Positions 25,601 to 37,392 of a DNA stretch of 64,000 bases are shown piece by piece. The DNA is from Torpedo marmorata (lineage: Eukaryota). The first letter of the stretch is position 1. Each line of letters opens with the position of its first letter. The translations under genes and the position numbers were made by a program. The notes under the pieces are model-generated. The model did no database searches and was not told where the DNA came from. It saw only the letters and a program-made list of their open reading frames with translations. The stretch lies in the NCBI GenBank assembly GCA_977017645.1, contig OZ360228.1, positions 116,188,001 to 116,252,000 on the forward strand, given 5' to 3'.

Positions 25601-26404
25601 TTGCAATGTGATGTAAAACTGGAGAACACAGAAAATTGTGCTGATGGAATAAAGAATAATGTGAATGATAATTTAATGCAATTGAATTCAGAGAACAAAA
25701 TGTTGAAAGGGGAATTGGAAATATTAGATAATCAAGAAAACAGTAAACAGAAAGATTTAATTGTAAGTAAAACTCGTAAAGTCAGAAAGCGGAAGAAAAG
25801 AATAACTGCTGAAGAAATGAATACAGTTATTGAGGAAAGAGATTCAGCATTATCAAAATGTAAAAGGTTGGAGGAAGAGATTAATGTTTTGAAAGAGAAC
25901 AAGTTATTGGTTAATAACACAAAACAGTTAACTTTTAAAACCAATCAAGAATGTAAATTGAATGATCAACAATTAACAATGCAGAAAAAATGTGATATTG
26001 CATTGCAGAAATGTAACAAGCAAGACGAAGAAATTAAAAAATTTCAAGTATGCCGCAACAGGATTGACAATGGAAATATCAATGTATCACATGATATTTT
26101 GACTTCGGATCAAATTATTAATTTCTCGGAAAGAATTGAGACTGAATTGAAAGTTGCAAAATTGGATTTAGAATTGCAGGAAAGAGCAATAGAAACCAGA
26201 GTGGTTAAACAGACCTGTTTAAAATCGAAAGGATCAAATAAATATTCAAATTCTAATTCTAAGAGTTTAAATTCTTCACATGAGAAGTGGAATACTGAAG
26301 AAAAGAATAAAGTGAAACGACATGCTGAAGAAGTGCCTCATGTTAAATTCAAAAGGAAAACTGTATCTATTTTGTCTGAAGAAGATTTGAGGTTTACTGA
26401 TTGA
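22608..26404 (+). pseudogene. BEL polyprotein: SAP-like domain, coiled coil, Gag (DUF1759-like), 3 zinc knuckles, aspartic protease, MIPOL1-like coiled coil
   Basis: LPKKEIQTFDGDPLQYQSF after a frameshift at about 23730. In-frame TGA at 23972-23974. CLFCKGGHALEMC, CFSCLCKGHISKNC, CNICNLKHPRNLH, AFLDPGSTASF and RTMLGWAINGP. No RT or RNase H motifs follow. Confidence 0.9.
25760..26053 (+). other. MIPOL1: Captured host-gene fragment resembling MIPOL1 (mirror-image polydactyly 1) coiled coil
   Basis: KRITAEEMNTVIEERDSALSKCKRLEEE matches my recollection of vertebrate MIPOL1 MRITAEEMSALIEERDAALSKCKRLEQE, with colinear weaker similarity over about 100 aa. Not database-verified. Confidence 0.78.
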
Positions 26405-26427
26405 CGTTTTAACTCAGATTTGAAGAT

Positions 26428-26615
26428 AAAAGAACTTTAAAGAGACATTGTGATTATTATGGATAATTCAACTTCAAGAAACTCCTGGTTACTTGGAGAT
26501 ATTATTGAGACTTTTCAAGACAAAGAGGACTTGTGCGTCAAGTGTGAATTAAAACTAAGACTGGTTTTTTCGAAACAGACCTATTAACTAGGTCTGCCTT
26601 TTGTTGGAGACAGAG
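26428..26615 (+). pseudogene. Frameshifted remnant of the BEL integrase C-terminus (DUF5641-like)
   Basis: Translates piecewise as DIVIIMDNSTSRNSWLLGDIIETFQDK / GLVRQV / IKTKTG / RPI / VCLLLE. Confidence 0.8.
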
Positions 26616-26813
26616 GAACTTTGATAAATATAAACTGACTTTATTTGTTGTTGTATATTTCACAGGTTACAGACTTTTGTTGAATCAGAGTTATGGTAAA
26701 CTCTAGGTTTATGAAGAAGGAAGAAAGAAGATTGGTATTGTTTTGAATGTTATGGTTATTGTTATTTATAATTTATAGTGTAATTATTATTCAAGACATT
26801 ACATCTAATTATA

Positions 26814-26828
26814 ATAATTAGGGGCCGG
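26814..26828 (+). promoter_or_regulatory. Polypurine-tract region (plus-strand primer site)
   Basis: ataattaggggccgg immediately upstream of the 3' LTR. Confidence 0.8.
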
Positions 26829-27466
26829 TGTAAGAGCCGTAGGCTCATTAACTTACCGTTGTTGCGGCGCTCCGATGTCTCGTCAGGCCTTGGAGCGCTC
26901 GCGTTGTTCTGCAGGCCGTTCTCGGAGCGCACCGAGGCCACGTCGGGCCATGGAGCGCTCGCGTTGTACTGTAGGCCGTCGTCGGCCCGTTCTTTGCTCT
27001 CCGCATGCGCGGGAGTGCCGACGGGCGCATGCGCAGTATGGAGTGACATCATTGTGCGCGTTGCAGTCTGGGAAATGTAGTATGCGCGGGGTAGGATGTG
27101 CGGTGGTTTAGGAGCTAATGGGCATGCGCAGATCAAGGATAGAGAGAGAGAAAAGGAAAGGAATAAGATGTTTGGAGGGTGAGTGAGGTCTCCACATCTT
27201 TATTGACCGTTTTTATATCGTTTAACATCATTTTACAGTGTTTCATATTGTTTTGGAATTGTTTAAAGAATCATTTAAAGGAACACTACATACATCATTT
27301 CAAGAACTGTTTATATTGAGGTCATTGAAGATTGCTGCAAGTCACGTGTGTAAATAAAGGTTTTTGAACATATTGGACTTTGTTGGTGGATTGATTGAAA
27401 CGCGACAAAGACAAGGACCACACTTAGCCTCCAGGTGACTATTGTTGGATTGAAGTCACCGTAATA
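26829..27466 (+). repeat. 3' LTR of the BEL element
   Basis: Direct repeat of 21520-22157, preceded by the PPT. Confidence 0.95.
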
Positions 27467-28990
27467 TATGGGTCGGCACAACATCGAGGAGCGAAGGGCC
27501 TGTACTGTGCTGTAGTGTTCTATGTTCTATCTTCTAAAATACTGCAGTTGATGGAAATCTAAACTAAAACAGAAAATGCCATAAATATCCAGCAAGACAA
27601 GTAGTATTTATGGAAAGTGAAAGAGAGTTAACTTCCATTCGAACTCGGAAAATTTAGAAATGAAGTAATTTATATGTTCAGAGGGAGGAGGGAGAGGAGG
27701 CGAGAGGACAAACAGGAAGGCAGGAGAGATGGAATGTCACAGGTCGCATTGGCGGTGGTATTGGCTAAAAGAGGGCGGTGAAGGAACATAATAAGGGGAT
27801 GTTGCCCTGACAGACATTTGATCATGTGGGGTTGGATTGTGAATGGATCAGTTCCACCACCGTGACCCATCCTCTGCAATCTTCCCACTTGTCAGATATT
27901 GATCATTTTGAAGCCTGTCTACTGCAGCCACCAATGGGATAAGAGGAGGCTGCAGCTGTGCGGACTCATGGGTCGGAAGGGCCTGTTACTGTGCTGTATC
28001 TCTAAATTAGGAATAAAAATGGCCAGAGACACTCAAAAATTATTTAAATCGAGCAAATATTTTAAAGTTAATATTCATCACAAAATAAATAAATACATCC
28101 ACAGCTGGATTCTGACACCTGCAAACATGAAAGATGACAAACAGCAGTGGGCTGATAGTTCTCTGTTCTTGATTAGTGAGGGTGTCAAAGGTTGTGGGAG
28201 AAGGCAGGAGAATGAGTTGAGAGGAAAAATACATCAGCCATAATTTGAATGGCAGAGCAGACTCAATGGCCTAGTTCTGTCCGATGTCTTATGGTCTAAG
28301 GATCTGCCAGTTCAGTTCATCTGAGGCCATTCCTGCACAATTTATTTCCAGGGTTCTTTATCTTTTAATCATCATTGCCCATTATCACATCTCTTTTAGC
28401 AAATTGGCCTTCACATATCCTATGCCACAGAAGTGACTCATTTTGTAATTCCTTAGTTGACTGTAAAGTGCTCTATAACACCTTTTGTTGGTCTGGACTC
28501 CTTCCCCTGCCAGTCTTTATTCTCTCATCTTCCTGTTCTTTGCTTACACCTTGAAGACACCTCGCTAATATATCTTTACCTCTTATGGACGCTGCAACAC
28601 CGACTGAGTTCCTTCAGCATTTCTGTGTGTTTCTACTGTAAAGTGCTTCTGGTCATTTATGGTTTTGAAAGATGCTACCAGAGACAAGATAATAGAGAAC
28701 ATTTCACAAGTTCATGTTTGACGATAATCAAAATATAATATTCACAACAACAAATGAAGGGGAAACTTGGCACTTTGCTGTTAGGCACATGGATGATGAC
28801 ACACTATCCTGGACTCTTCTGCCTCTAATGTCTGGACTTCACACAAGCTGAGGATTTTTTTGAACAATACAGCACCGTAGAAGGCCCTTACAGTCCTTGA
28901 AACCCATGCCAATTACACCAAGTTAAGCTAGCAACCCTGTACGGTTTGGAGGGTGAGAGAAAACCGGAGCACCCATAGAAAACTGACATG

Positions 28991-29472
28991 TCAAAATTCA
29001 AATTTATTGTCAGAGTATGTACGTGACATCACATACACCCGTGAGATACTTTTACCAGTGGGCCGGATAGAATTTTGAATTACCAGTAACTGTAAACTGC
29101 ACTTAAGAAGAAAGAAATGTGAACAAAAGAAAGAAATGTAAACAAACTGACTGTGCAAATACAGATAAATAAATATTCACTAATAAATTATGAGCAAAGT
29201 AAAGGTCCTTAAATGAGTCTCTGAATGAGTCTGTTGTTTAGGAGTCTGATGGTTGAGGGGTAGCAACTATTCTTGAACCTGGAGGTACGAGTCCTGTACC
29301 TGTACCTTTTTCTTGATGGTAGCAGCGAGAACAGAGTATGTCCTAGGTGGTGTGAATCCTTGATGATTGCTGCTGCTCTCTGACGGCAACGTTCCATGCA
29401 GATATTCTCGATGGTGGGGAGAGTTTTGCCTGTGATGTACTGGGCTGTGTCCACTACCTTTTGCAGTGCTTT
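28991..29472 (-). mobile_element. Rex1/Babar 3' fragment
   Basis: HHLGHTLFSLLPSRKRYR. Similar to 34929-35410. Confidence 0.85.
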
Positions 29473-29599
29473 ATATATTATGTACTATATTATCTATTAT
29501 ATTAGATATTACAGAGAGAACGTATGAACTCCTTACAGACAGCGTTGGATTCTAATCCGGGTCACTGGCGCTGTAATAGCATTGAGCTAAATACTAAGC

Positions 29600-29952
29600 C
29601 AGGGGTGGCCAACCTTTTTTGGTTGTGAGCCACATACAGAAAAATATAAGAAGTTACAGGCAAAACAATATTAAGCCCGGCAGTTTTAAACCAAGGTTGG
29701 CTCCTTTAACAGGCCGTTTTAAGCCTGTACAGAACTGATGGCAGTTGGACTGGACAGTTGGACTCCGCAGTGGAGTGCTGAGACTTCGCTCCATGCTGAG
29801 ACTTCGCTTCACGCTCTCCACGGGTTTGCACCAGCGTCAGCGCTGCCATTACAGCAGCTCCGGCAGCACTGCCATTTTTTTCTTCTAACTGGCCACTTAA
29901 AAATGGGCAACGGGCCACAGTTGGCCCAGGGACCATAGTTTGGCCACCCCTG
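29600..29952. mobile_element. hAT-type MITE
   Basis: TIR CAGGGGTGGCCAA / TTGGCCACCCCTG, with a degenerate 8-bp TSD tactaagc / ttctacgc. Confidence 0.85.
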
Positions 29953-32064
29953 TTCTACGCAAATCGTGCCACCCTTGTCTTTTAATGCAGCACCTTTCAT
30001 GGGCATAGTACCGGAAAGACATAATCTTCAATTAGTAGATGCTAACAATAAAAAAATATTTTCAGGGTTGTCGAGAGAACACACAAGGAAGATGAGAATG
30101 ATTAGAACTGCTGAGGCATATTCCACAGAAGTTCCGCTCAACCTTATTAAATCTTTTGCCAGAAATTCTGTTTATTATCAGCAAAGTCTCTGGAGAAATA
30201 GTTATTAACTTGCATTGCCATCATGTATTTGTCTTCAGGATACACCCAGTCCTCAATATCTGCTGATTTGCTCTCTGGGTTTTATGTACTCACAAGGTTA
30301 GCCATAGACATTATCTTGAATTTTTTTCAGAATCTTTGAATTGTATTAAAATGATCTGAAACATAAATTATTTCTAAAAGACTGGTAGGGACTGGTTTTG
30401 TAGGGTGCAAATGATTCTATTTATGTGTCATCCAGAAGCAACAATTATTAAGAGAAAGCAGGTCTTTATTAAATTTATTTCCCTGCATTGATTCAGGATT
30501 TCAGGAGAGTCACAAGCTATGCATATTAAGAGCAGAACCACAAGCTCCCTCCCAATCTACTAGATTAGCATTTAAACGAACCATTCAAGGCCACTTCCTA
30601 AATGCGTATTGTTCAACAGGTTTACAGACGCATTAACAGCTTAGCGAGCAAACAGAACCTGTCAGAAGAGGCGGCCTGTTCATAAATATTTTCCCGGGCA
30701 AAAGACAGCTGTCTAACATTACAACTGCCAGCCGCAGAATGGCTTCTCAAAAGCAATAGGGTTCACACGTCAACGTTAAGGCACCAATAGAGTTCCTTTC
30801 CTCTTTCAACCTTAATCTAAAGCTTCCTTCCCTTTGTGAATGTTAAGAATTTAATTGAATTCCTAGACTGATAATTTGCATGTGATAATTAAAACTTAAA
30901 ACCTCCTGCACACATGACACGGATGTTCGAGGTGTATTAGAAGCAAACCTTCTAGACATTGCTTCAAATGTTTTGAAACATGAAATATCAATTGTACATA
31001 TGAGTGGCTGATTGACGTCATTCCTTTACAAGAGAGATCAACAATGATTGGTATTAGCAAGGAACTGTAACAATGCACTTCAAATGAATTCAAAGAGATA
31101 TGCTTATCAACTTGTAAGAGATATGCTGCCAAAATATGACATAAATACTGTGCCATTTCACTGTGATCTTTGAGTGAGGGTCAATATTGACTAAGGTGAC
31201 ATTGTCTACCTGAACTTAATATTGCTCACTCCCGCCGGCGTAATTTAATAAATCTGTGTTGTATGCTCTATGGCTCTGCTGTGCATTTTTCTATCTTGAC
31301 AGCGCGGACTGACTATTACAGGGTGTGGAGGGACAAGCTGCTGAAAGAATTCAGCAGGCCAGGAGGTATCAGTGGAGGGAAATGAACAGCCTTCATCTGT
31401 CCAGCTCCTGCTGCACTATTAAGTAATAACATGAACAACAGAAGTGTCACACAATTACTCCTTCCCAGCGGAAGAAGCAATTACCGCAAAACTAAACAAG
31501 GCAGATACAAATAGAACTTGCTGCTTCTCCATGAACTTAATAAGCCTCATCTCCAAAAATGAATCCATGGTAGCTTCTTTTCCCTGCTTTGGTTTAAATA
31601 ATTACTGTAGCTGGGCAGAGCAGGGAATTAAAGGCAGATGGGTTTCATACAACTCTAACAGAGTCTATTCGATGTCCCTTCTCCCAGCTCAGTGGGAGTC
31701 TGGGCCTACCTACTGGGCCTACTCAGTGGAAGCTGACGAGACTTATTCCTCATCAGAAGTTGACCACATTGTCAAAAGAGCAGCATCCCTATTATCTCTG
31801 GGCCCCTACCCCTGACATATTTTGTGTTTCTCTAGCCTCCTTTTAGTTCTGCGGTTGATTGGCATGGTTTCTTTTGATCTAGGCACACTCTCCCACAAGC
31901 TCATAATTACACCTTGCTCTCATCCATGGCATGTCAGTGAGGATCACCACTTTCGGGTATTTTTTACACAGAATGAAATATGTGGATTTATATTTCTCTT
32001 TTAACATGAAACAGGAACATTGTTACTTCAACATCGTGAATATTTCATAATGCTTAGCAGTTAG

Positions 32065-32928
32065 AATGGCTACGCTGCCAGAGCCGCTGTAGCGGCAACG
32101 CTGCCGCTGGTGCGGACCCGCGGGGAGCAAGGGAGCAGAGATGCAGCGCTCCCGCAGGGTACAGCCGCCCAGTCGACTACCGTCGGCTCCGCACGGGCTT
32201 TGAACGGCCTGTTGAGGGAGCCGACGGTGGTTTTATTTGAGATCCCATGACCATGGGGTCTGCGCCCAAGATGGCAGCACCTATTAATCAGCAGCAGCCA
32301 CGAGGGGCTGCAGACTCCAGGGAAGCGGAGGACTGGAGCAGGGCACCAGAGGACAGAAAGATCACCCCCGTCTGAGAAGGAGAAGCAAAGGAGACGTCCC
32401 ACGGGACGGTGACCATGCCGGCGGACCAGTGAGGGGCTTTGAGGCTGAAGGAGCAGTGCATGCGTCGGGCTGCTGGCGACTCGAGGCGAGGAACCCGCGG
32501 AGGCTGTGGGCTGCTGGAGACTGCTGTCGGGGGACTCACGCCGGGCTGCGGACTGCTGGAGGCTGGCTCGAACTGGCTGGAGGAGTATCAGGTATCGGAA
32601 CCGGGATGCGAGGGGGTGCTGAGTGCGCCGAAGGGTTCCTGACCGTGTTGGAGGTTCGGATCTGAAGCTCGGGTTGCCGATGGTTTGGACTGGACTCTGT
32701 GTGGCTGCGGAGGCTGCGGAAGCGCTGGAGGCGAATCTACGGACACTCGGTGACTCTGGGGGGGATTTTCTTTTGCTTCTCTTTCTCTGACTGTAAGGAA
32801 TGTAAGAGGCGCTTAGGCAATTTCTGCTGGTGGCGAATCTGTCTGCCTTGCAGCAGGCAAAAATAAATTTCATGGAATATGACACTGTTTTATTACTGTG
32901 ACAATAAATTGAATCTTGAATCTTGAAC
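32065..32928 (+). mobile_element. GC/CpG-rich non-autonomous retroposon with a Rex1-like 3' tail
   Basis: Abrupt GC-rich block ending gacaataaa(ttgaatc)2. A related tail fragment lies at about 12160-12265. No credible protein. Confidence 0.65.
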
Positions 32929-33155
32929 ATTATTTGAACTAAAAGTACATCAGAGGCAAAGGATGTCCAAAAGCTAGGTCAAAGAATTCTGTTTAAAGAG
33001 AACCTTAAATTAGGAGTGTGATAAGGTGGGCACACAGAAGATATACCCACTTGTGTGAAAAGCTGATGCTGGGGACCATAAAATCAGATGGTCATTAATA
33101 ATTCAATGAGATTTCACTCAAACATCTCATTTGAAAATAACTGCTCTCCAACAGT

Positions 33156-33880
33156 AAAAACACATTGCTGGAGAAATTCAGCAGGTCAAACAGTGTACTT
33201 TACATAGCAACGATACAGATACATAACCAACATTTCGAGCTTGAGCACTTTATTAAGGTATGAGCATATTTTGCGTTGGTTATGTATCTTTATCTTTGCT
33301 ATACAATAAAACTCCTAAAATCAGGACTGCTCGTGGATTGGGACGGTCTGGATTTTTGGATTTTCCGGATTCTCAGGCAGTACTTTTAAAATTCAAATTT
33401 AAGGAGAATAAAGAAGAGATGAACAGGTAAATTTTGATATTTATTAATTAGAAAATACAGCATGCTTCATTTGTCAAAATGAGCAGTTTTAAAGAAAAAT
33501 AAAGTCAACACTTGACAAAAATGTAAACATAAAATTTTATCACTAAAAAATAGCATGTAATGCTTGAAATTATGTTTAAAATGAACATTGTAAAAGAAAA
33601 ATACAGTGTAAAAATAAATTTCTTTGTGATAAGATTACCTGTATTAAGCATGGTCGCTTGTTGCCGCTGTGCATCTGTGGCACTTACGCATGCACGCACG
33701 CACATAAAAGCCCGCTAAATTTAAAAAGTTTGAGAATCTGGATTCTCGGGTGGTCCGGATTTCTCGCATCTGAGTTTTTGGACTTTTACTGTTTTAAGTA
33801 CGCTGTTTGACCTGCTGAGTTTCTCCAAAATTGTGTTTTTATTTCAATCACGGCGTCTGCAGACTTCCGTGTTTAACTCT
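33156..33880. mobile_element. Short Penelope-derived inverted pLTR element, interrupted by a MITE
   Basis: 15-bp TSD ctgctctccaacagt at 33141-33155 and 33881-33895. Arms match the termini of 44959-46604. Confidence 0.85.
33304..33791. mobile_element. Tc1/mariner (Tigger-like) MITE
   Basis: Imperfect TIRs caataaaactcc / ggacttttactg, TA on the left, repeated ggattt motifs. It interrupts the pLTR sequence. Confidence 0.7.
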
Positions 33881-34263
33881 CTGCTCTCCAACAGTGCAAA
33901 GTAACCCTTAAGAGAATTCAGAAGAAATTATTTTAACTGGAAGTAGTTAGAAATTGGAATGTTAGCACAAGTAACACAGACACATTTAAAGGTAAGCTGA
34001 AAAAAGATGTCTGAGAACAGGATACAGAGAATGTGGTTCCTTTATTGCATTCGGGTCACAGGTCAACCCAAGGTTTTTTACAACTAATGATAGAGTCACT
34101 GCTGTAGGAATCATGGCAGTTAATATCTGCAAAACAAGATCCCACAAAATCCCTGTATTGTACAAAAGCTGCTGTTGAATGATCCCAGAAGTACCAGAAA
34201 ACTGGAGATAAAGTCCTTGCTCTTCCTCAAAATGATGCTTATAAGATATTTTACATCTATTTA

Positions 34264-34928
34264 TGTAACACAGATGATTATTCAACAGGTCAGACAGGAA
34301 GCTGATCAGGGCAGTTTCCATGTGCTTGCAACCTGGAGGGTCATCTGACCACCCAGACAGGAAGCAGGCCGAAAGTCACTTCCCGCTATCAATAAATGTC
34401 AGGCCCACCCACTGGTAAAGACTCCTTCCAATTGGTCCACCCCCTCATCTAAAATCTCATGGGCCTACCTGGGCCGCCCCACTAGGCAGCTGCAGTATAA
34501 AGCCCAACACATGGGCTAGCTCACTCCCCTTTCTCTTTGGAACCATCCCGAAGCTACAGTTCAGGTTGTGAGCCATGGGTCATGCTGGAGGACTAATTGT
34601 CAGGTGTGTGCCGGTGAAGGCTGTTGGTGACACGCACCTGGGAGAGATTATAATGTCTTGCACATTGTAACTTGAAGGTAGATATACAACCTTGTCAATC
34701 GGTGTGTCATGCCTGCTTGTCTGGGGAGGGGTGGCAGGTGTTGTTTGTTTGAACTCTTGAAATAGCATGGGTATAGTTTAGTTAACTTGTAGCAGAGCAT
34801 TACTGATTTTAATGTGGGTGTGTGTGTCTCCTGTTGCATATTCGTTTTGCATGTATATAAAGATCACGGTTTGGTACTAACACGTGTCCAGGATTGTCAC
34901 TCTTTAAACCCTTCAAATCAGCTCTACC
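34264..34928 (+). mobile_element. Possible solo LTR or LTR-like promoter sequence
   Basis: TGTAAC start, then CCAAT (about 34427), GC box (about 34473) and TATAAA (about 34496) in LTR-like order. 3' end and TSD not resolved. Confidence 0.4.
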
Positions 34929-35908
34929 AGATTTCAGATTTATTGTCAGAGTACATACATGACATCACATACAACCCTGAGATTCCTTTTTCCTGTGGGC
35001 GCAGCAAAATTACCACTAATTGGTAGTGCAAAAATAAACTGTACACAGCGTAAACATGTAAACAAATAAAAGAACTGTAAACAGATAACGAATGTAAACA
35101 AACTGACTGTGCAATACAGAGAGAACAAAAAGAAAATCAATAAAGTGCACAAGTAAGAGTCCTTAAATGAGTCCCTGATTGAGTTTGTCGTTGTGGAGTC
35201 TGATGGTGGAGGGGTAGCAGCTGTTCCTGAACCTGGTGGTGCGAGTCTTGTGGCACCTATACCTTTTTCCTGATGGCAGCAGTGAGAACAGAGCGTGTGC
35301 TGGGTGGTGAGTGTCTTTCATGATTGCTGCTGCCCTCCGACAGCAGCGTTCCCTGTAGATGTACTCAATAGTGGGGAGGGTTTTGCCTGTGATGTCCTGG
35401 GCTGTGTCCACTACATTTTGGAGGGGTTTATGCTCAGGGGTATTGGTGTTCCCCTACCAGACCGTGATACAGCTGGTCAGCACACTTTCCTCTCACCTCT
35501 GTAGAAATTTGCCAGTGTTTCTGGTATCATACTAAACCTCCGCAAACTCCTGAGGAAGTAGAGGCACTGACGTGCTTTCTTCATGATGCCATTGGTGTGT
35601 TGGGTCCAGGATATATCCTCTGAGATAGTAACTGCCAAGAACTTAAATTTTCTCACCTCTACCTCTGATCCCCCAATGATCACTGGATTGTATACCTCTG
35701 GCTTTCCTTTCCTGAAGTCAACAATCAGCTCCTTGGTTTTGGTGACATTGAGTGCAAGGTTGTTGTTGGTGCACCTTTCAACCAAGTTTTCAATCTCCAT
35801 CCTGTATGCTGTCTCATCCCCTTCCTTTATACAACCCACTACCGTGGCATCGTCGGCAAATTTGTAGATGGTGTTATTGTCGTACCGAGCTACACAGTCG
35901 TAGGTGTA
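34929..35908 (-). mobile_element. Rex1/Babar 3' fragment
   Basis: [44 protein letters not shown], and AATAAA-tctgaaatctg tail. Confidence 0.92.
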
Positions 35909-37392
35909 AACCACCACAACTTGAGAAAGGAAAGTGGCATTAGAAGTTATGTTTCTGCCTCAAGGGTCCAATGACCTGGCTTTGACCCTGATCTTCACTG
36001 CTGGCTAGCTGGAGTTTGTACATTCTCACTGTGAATGTGTGCGCATCCCCTGGGAACTCCCAAAGCCATGTGAGTTGGTGGTTAATTGGCTAATGTAAAT
36101 CACCCCAGTTGAGGATGGGCAGTAAGATCATCAAGGTTCAATTGACAGGCAGCTGAGAGAGAACCAGTTACAGGTAAATAAACTGGGAATGCGATGGAAT
36201 TCCACTGAGGGCTTCATGGGCCAAACAAACTTCATCTTTGTCAAGAGAAACATGGGATATATGAGCAAGTGCAAGAAATGTGGCCTCAATGAAGTGACTC
36301 ATTTGAAAGGCAAGTGCTATTCAGCAGTGTGACATTCCCCTTAGTACTACACTGAAGAATCAGTGTTTTTTTACTTTTTAATCCTCTGGAGTGTGGCTTG
36401 AACCAATAAACTCCTGATTCAAAGGGAAGTGTGCAATCAAATAAGTTTTGCTTGATATAATGAATGGAAGGATACCAGATTTTTGCAAGAAATTAAGAAT
36501 GACAAATGGTCTTGCAAGAAGCATAAATACAAGCTGAAATCCATTGAGCTGAGTTCTACATCACTGAACAAAGAGAACACAATGGTATTTTCAAACACAC
36601 GTACAGAGAATGGGGCAAGAATGCTTCACCTGCACACTGTGCACCTAAGCAATTGGCCTTCGAAAGGTTGCAAATCAAGGAATTTGTAACAGAGCAATTG
36701 GGGGAAATTCTCCTTCAGTTGCACGTAGTCTTTGTAAATCATGATCTCTGATACAGCGGTCTAAAGCCAATTAAAAACAGTCACAGCCACCTTGTGTCAG
36801 AGCTTGCCTGTCATGTTGTGAGCCTTGCGTACACATGTCCTATTGTTTTCATTCACCCAGAAGCCATGGCTACAGTGGCCTTTTCTGGCTGAAGAGCTGT
36901 GCCCTGCATCAACAGTTCTTAGTCAAAGAGTTGTGTAGAACTAGGAAGATTGCTGTAACTGTACCATAATGTTCTTTCCATCCAAGATTAACTATGTGTT
37001 AAACGATGAATTTTTTTGATTATTGTGCACAATTTTCATCAAGCTCAGAGGTTTCAATTTTCCTTCTGCTGACCACGCCTGTGGTTTTTTTGGGGGGGAA
37101 TTTGACCCAATATTTACAATTTCTGCTGCCTCAACAACTGGTTTTCTTTTTTTTTTGGCAAAAACAGATGATGTGTGAAGAGTGCCTTGTGAAACCTTCT
37201 GTAAATGCTCAGGTTTTATTTCAGATTACGCAATACCTTCCAGGATCTCAAAAGAGTTCTTTGGAAAATAAAAGTTCAGACCCTGTGCGGGAAACTGTTC
37301 AATTCTTCACCAACCAAATCGTCCACCTTGGTGATGGACTGCCAGTTTAATTTGATTCTCCCACACCATGCCCTCAGCATCAAAATACCTGA

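Larger units (their letters stand above)
21520..27466 (+). mobile_element. BEL/Pao LTR retrotransposon, non-autonomous (gag-protease only), carrying foreign coding sequence
   Basis: Two 638-bp LTRs, 5-bp TSD tatgg (21515-21519 and 27467-27471), PPT ataattaggggccgg, three Cys/His knuckles, protease and an integrase C-terminal remnant. Inserted into a CR1 3' tail. Confidence 0.95.
28866..29975 (-). mobile_element. V-SINE interrupted by a Rex1 3' fragment and a hAT MITE
   Basis: SINE pieces at 28866-28990, 29511-29599 and 29961-29975 are colinear with the other SINE copies. Confidence 0.75.

Noticed and set aside
25760-26053. The real MIPOL1 locus or one of its exons
   Set aside because: The segment is enclosed by LTRs, fused in frame to Gag-protease and only partial, so it is a captured fragment at best.
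32070-32930. 286-aa minus-strand ORF as a host gene
   Set aside because: Low-complexity Ser/Pro/Ala/Arg translation of a GC-rich repeat, with no domain. It starts within the retroposon tail.
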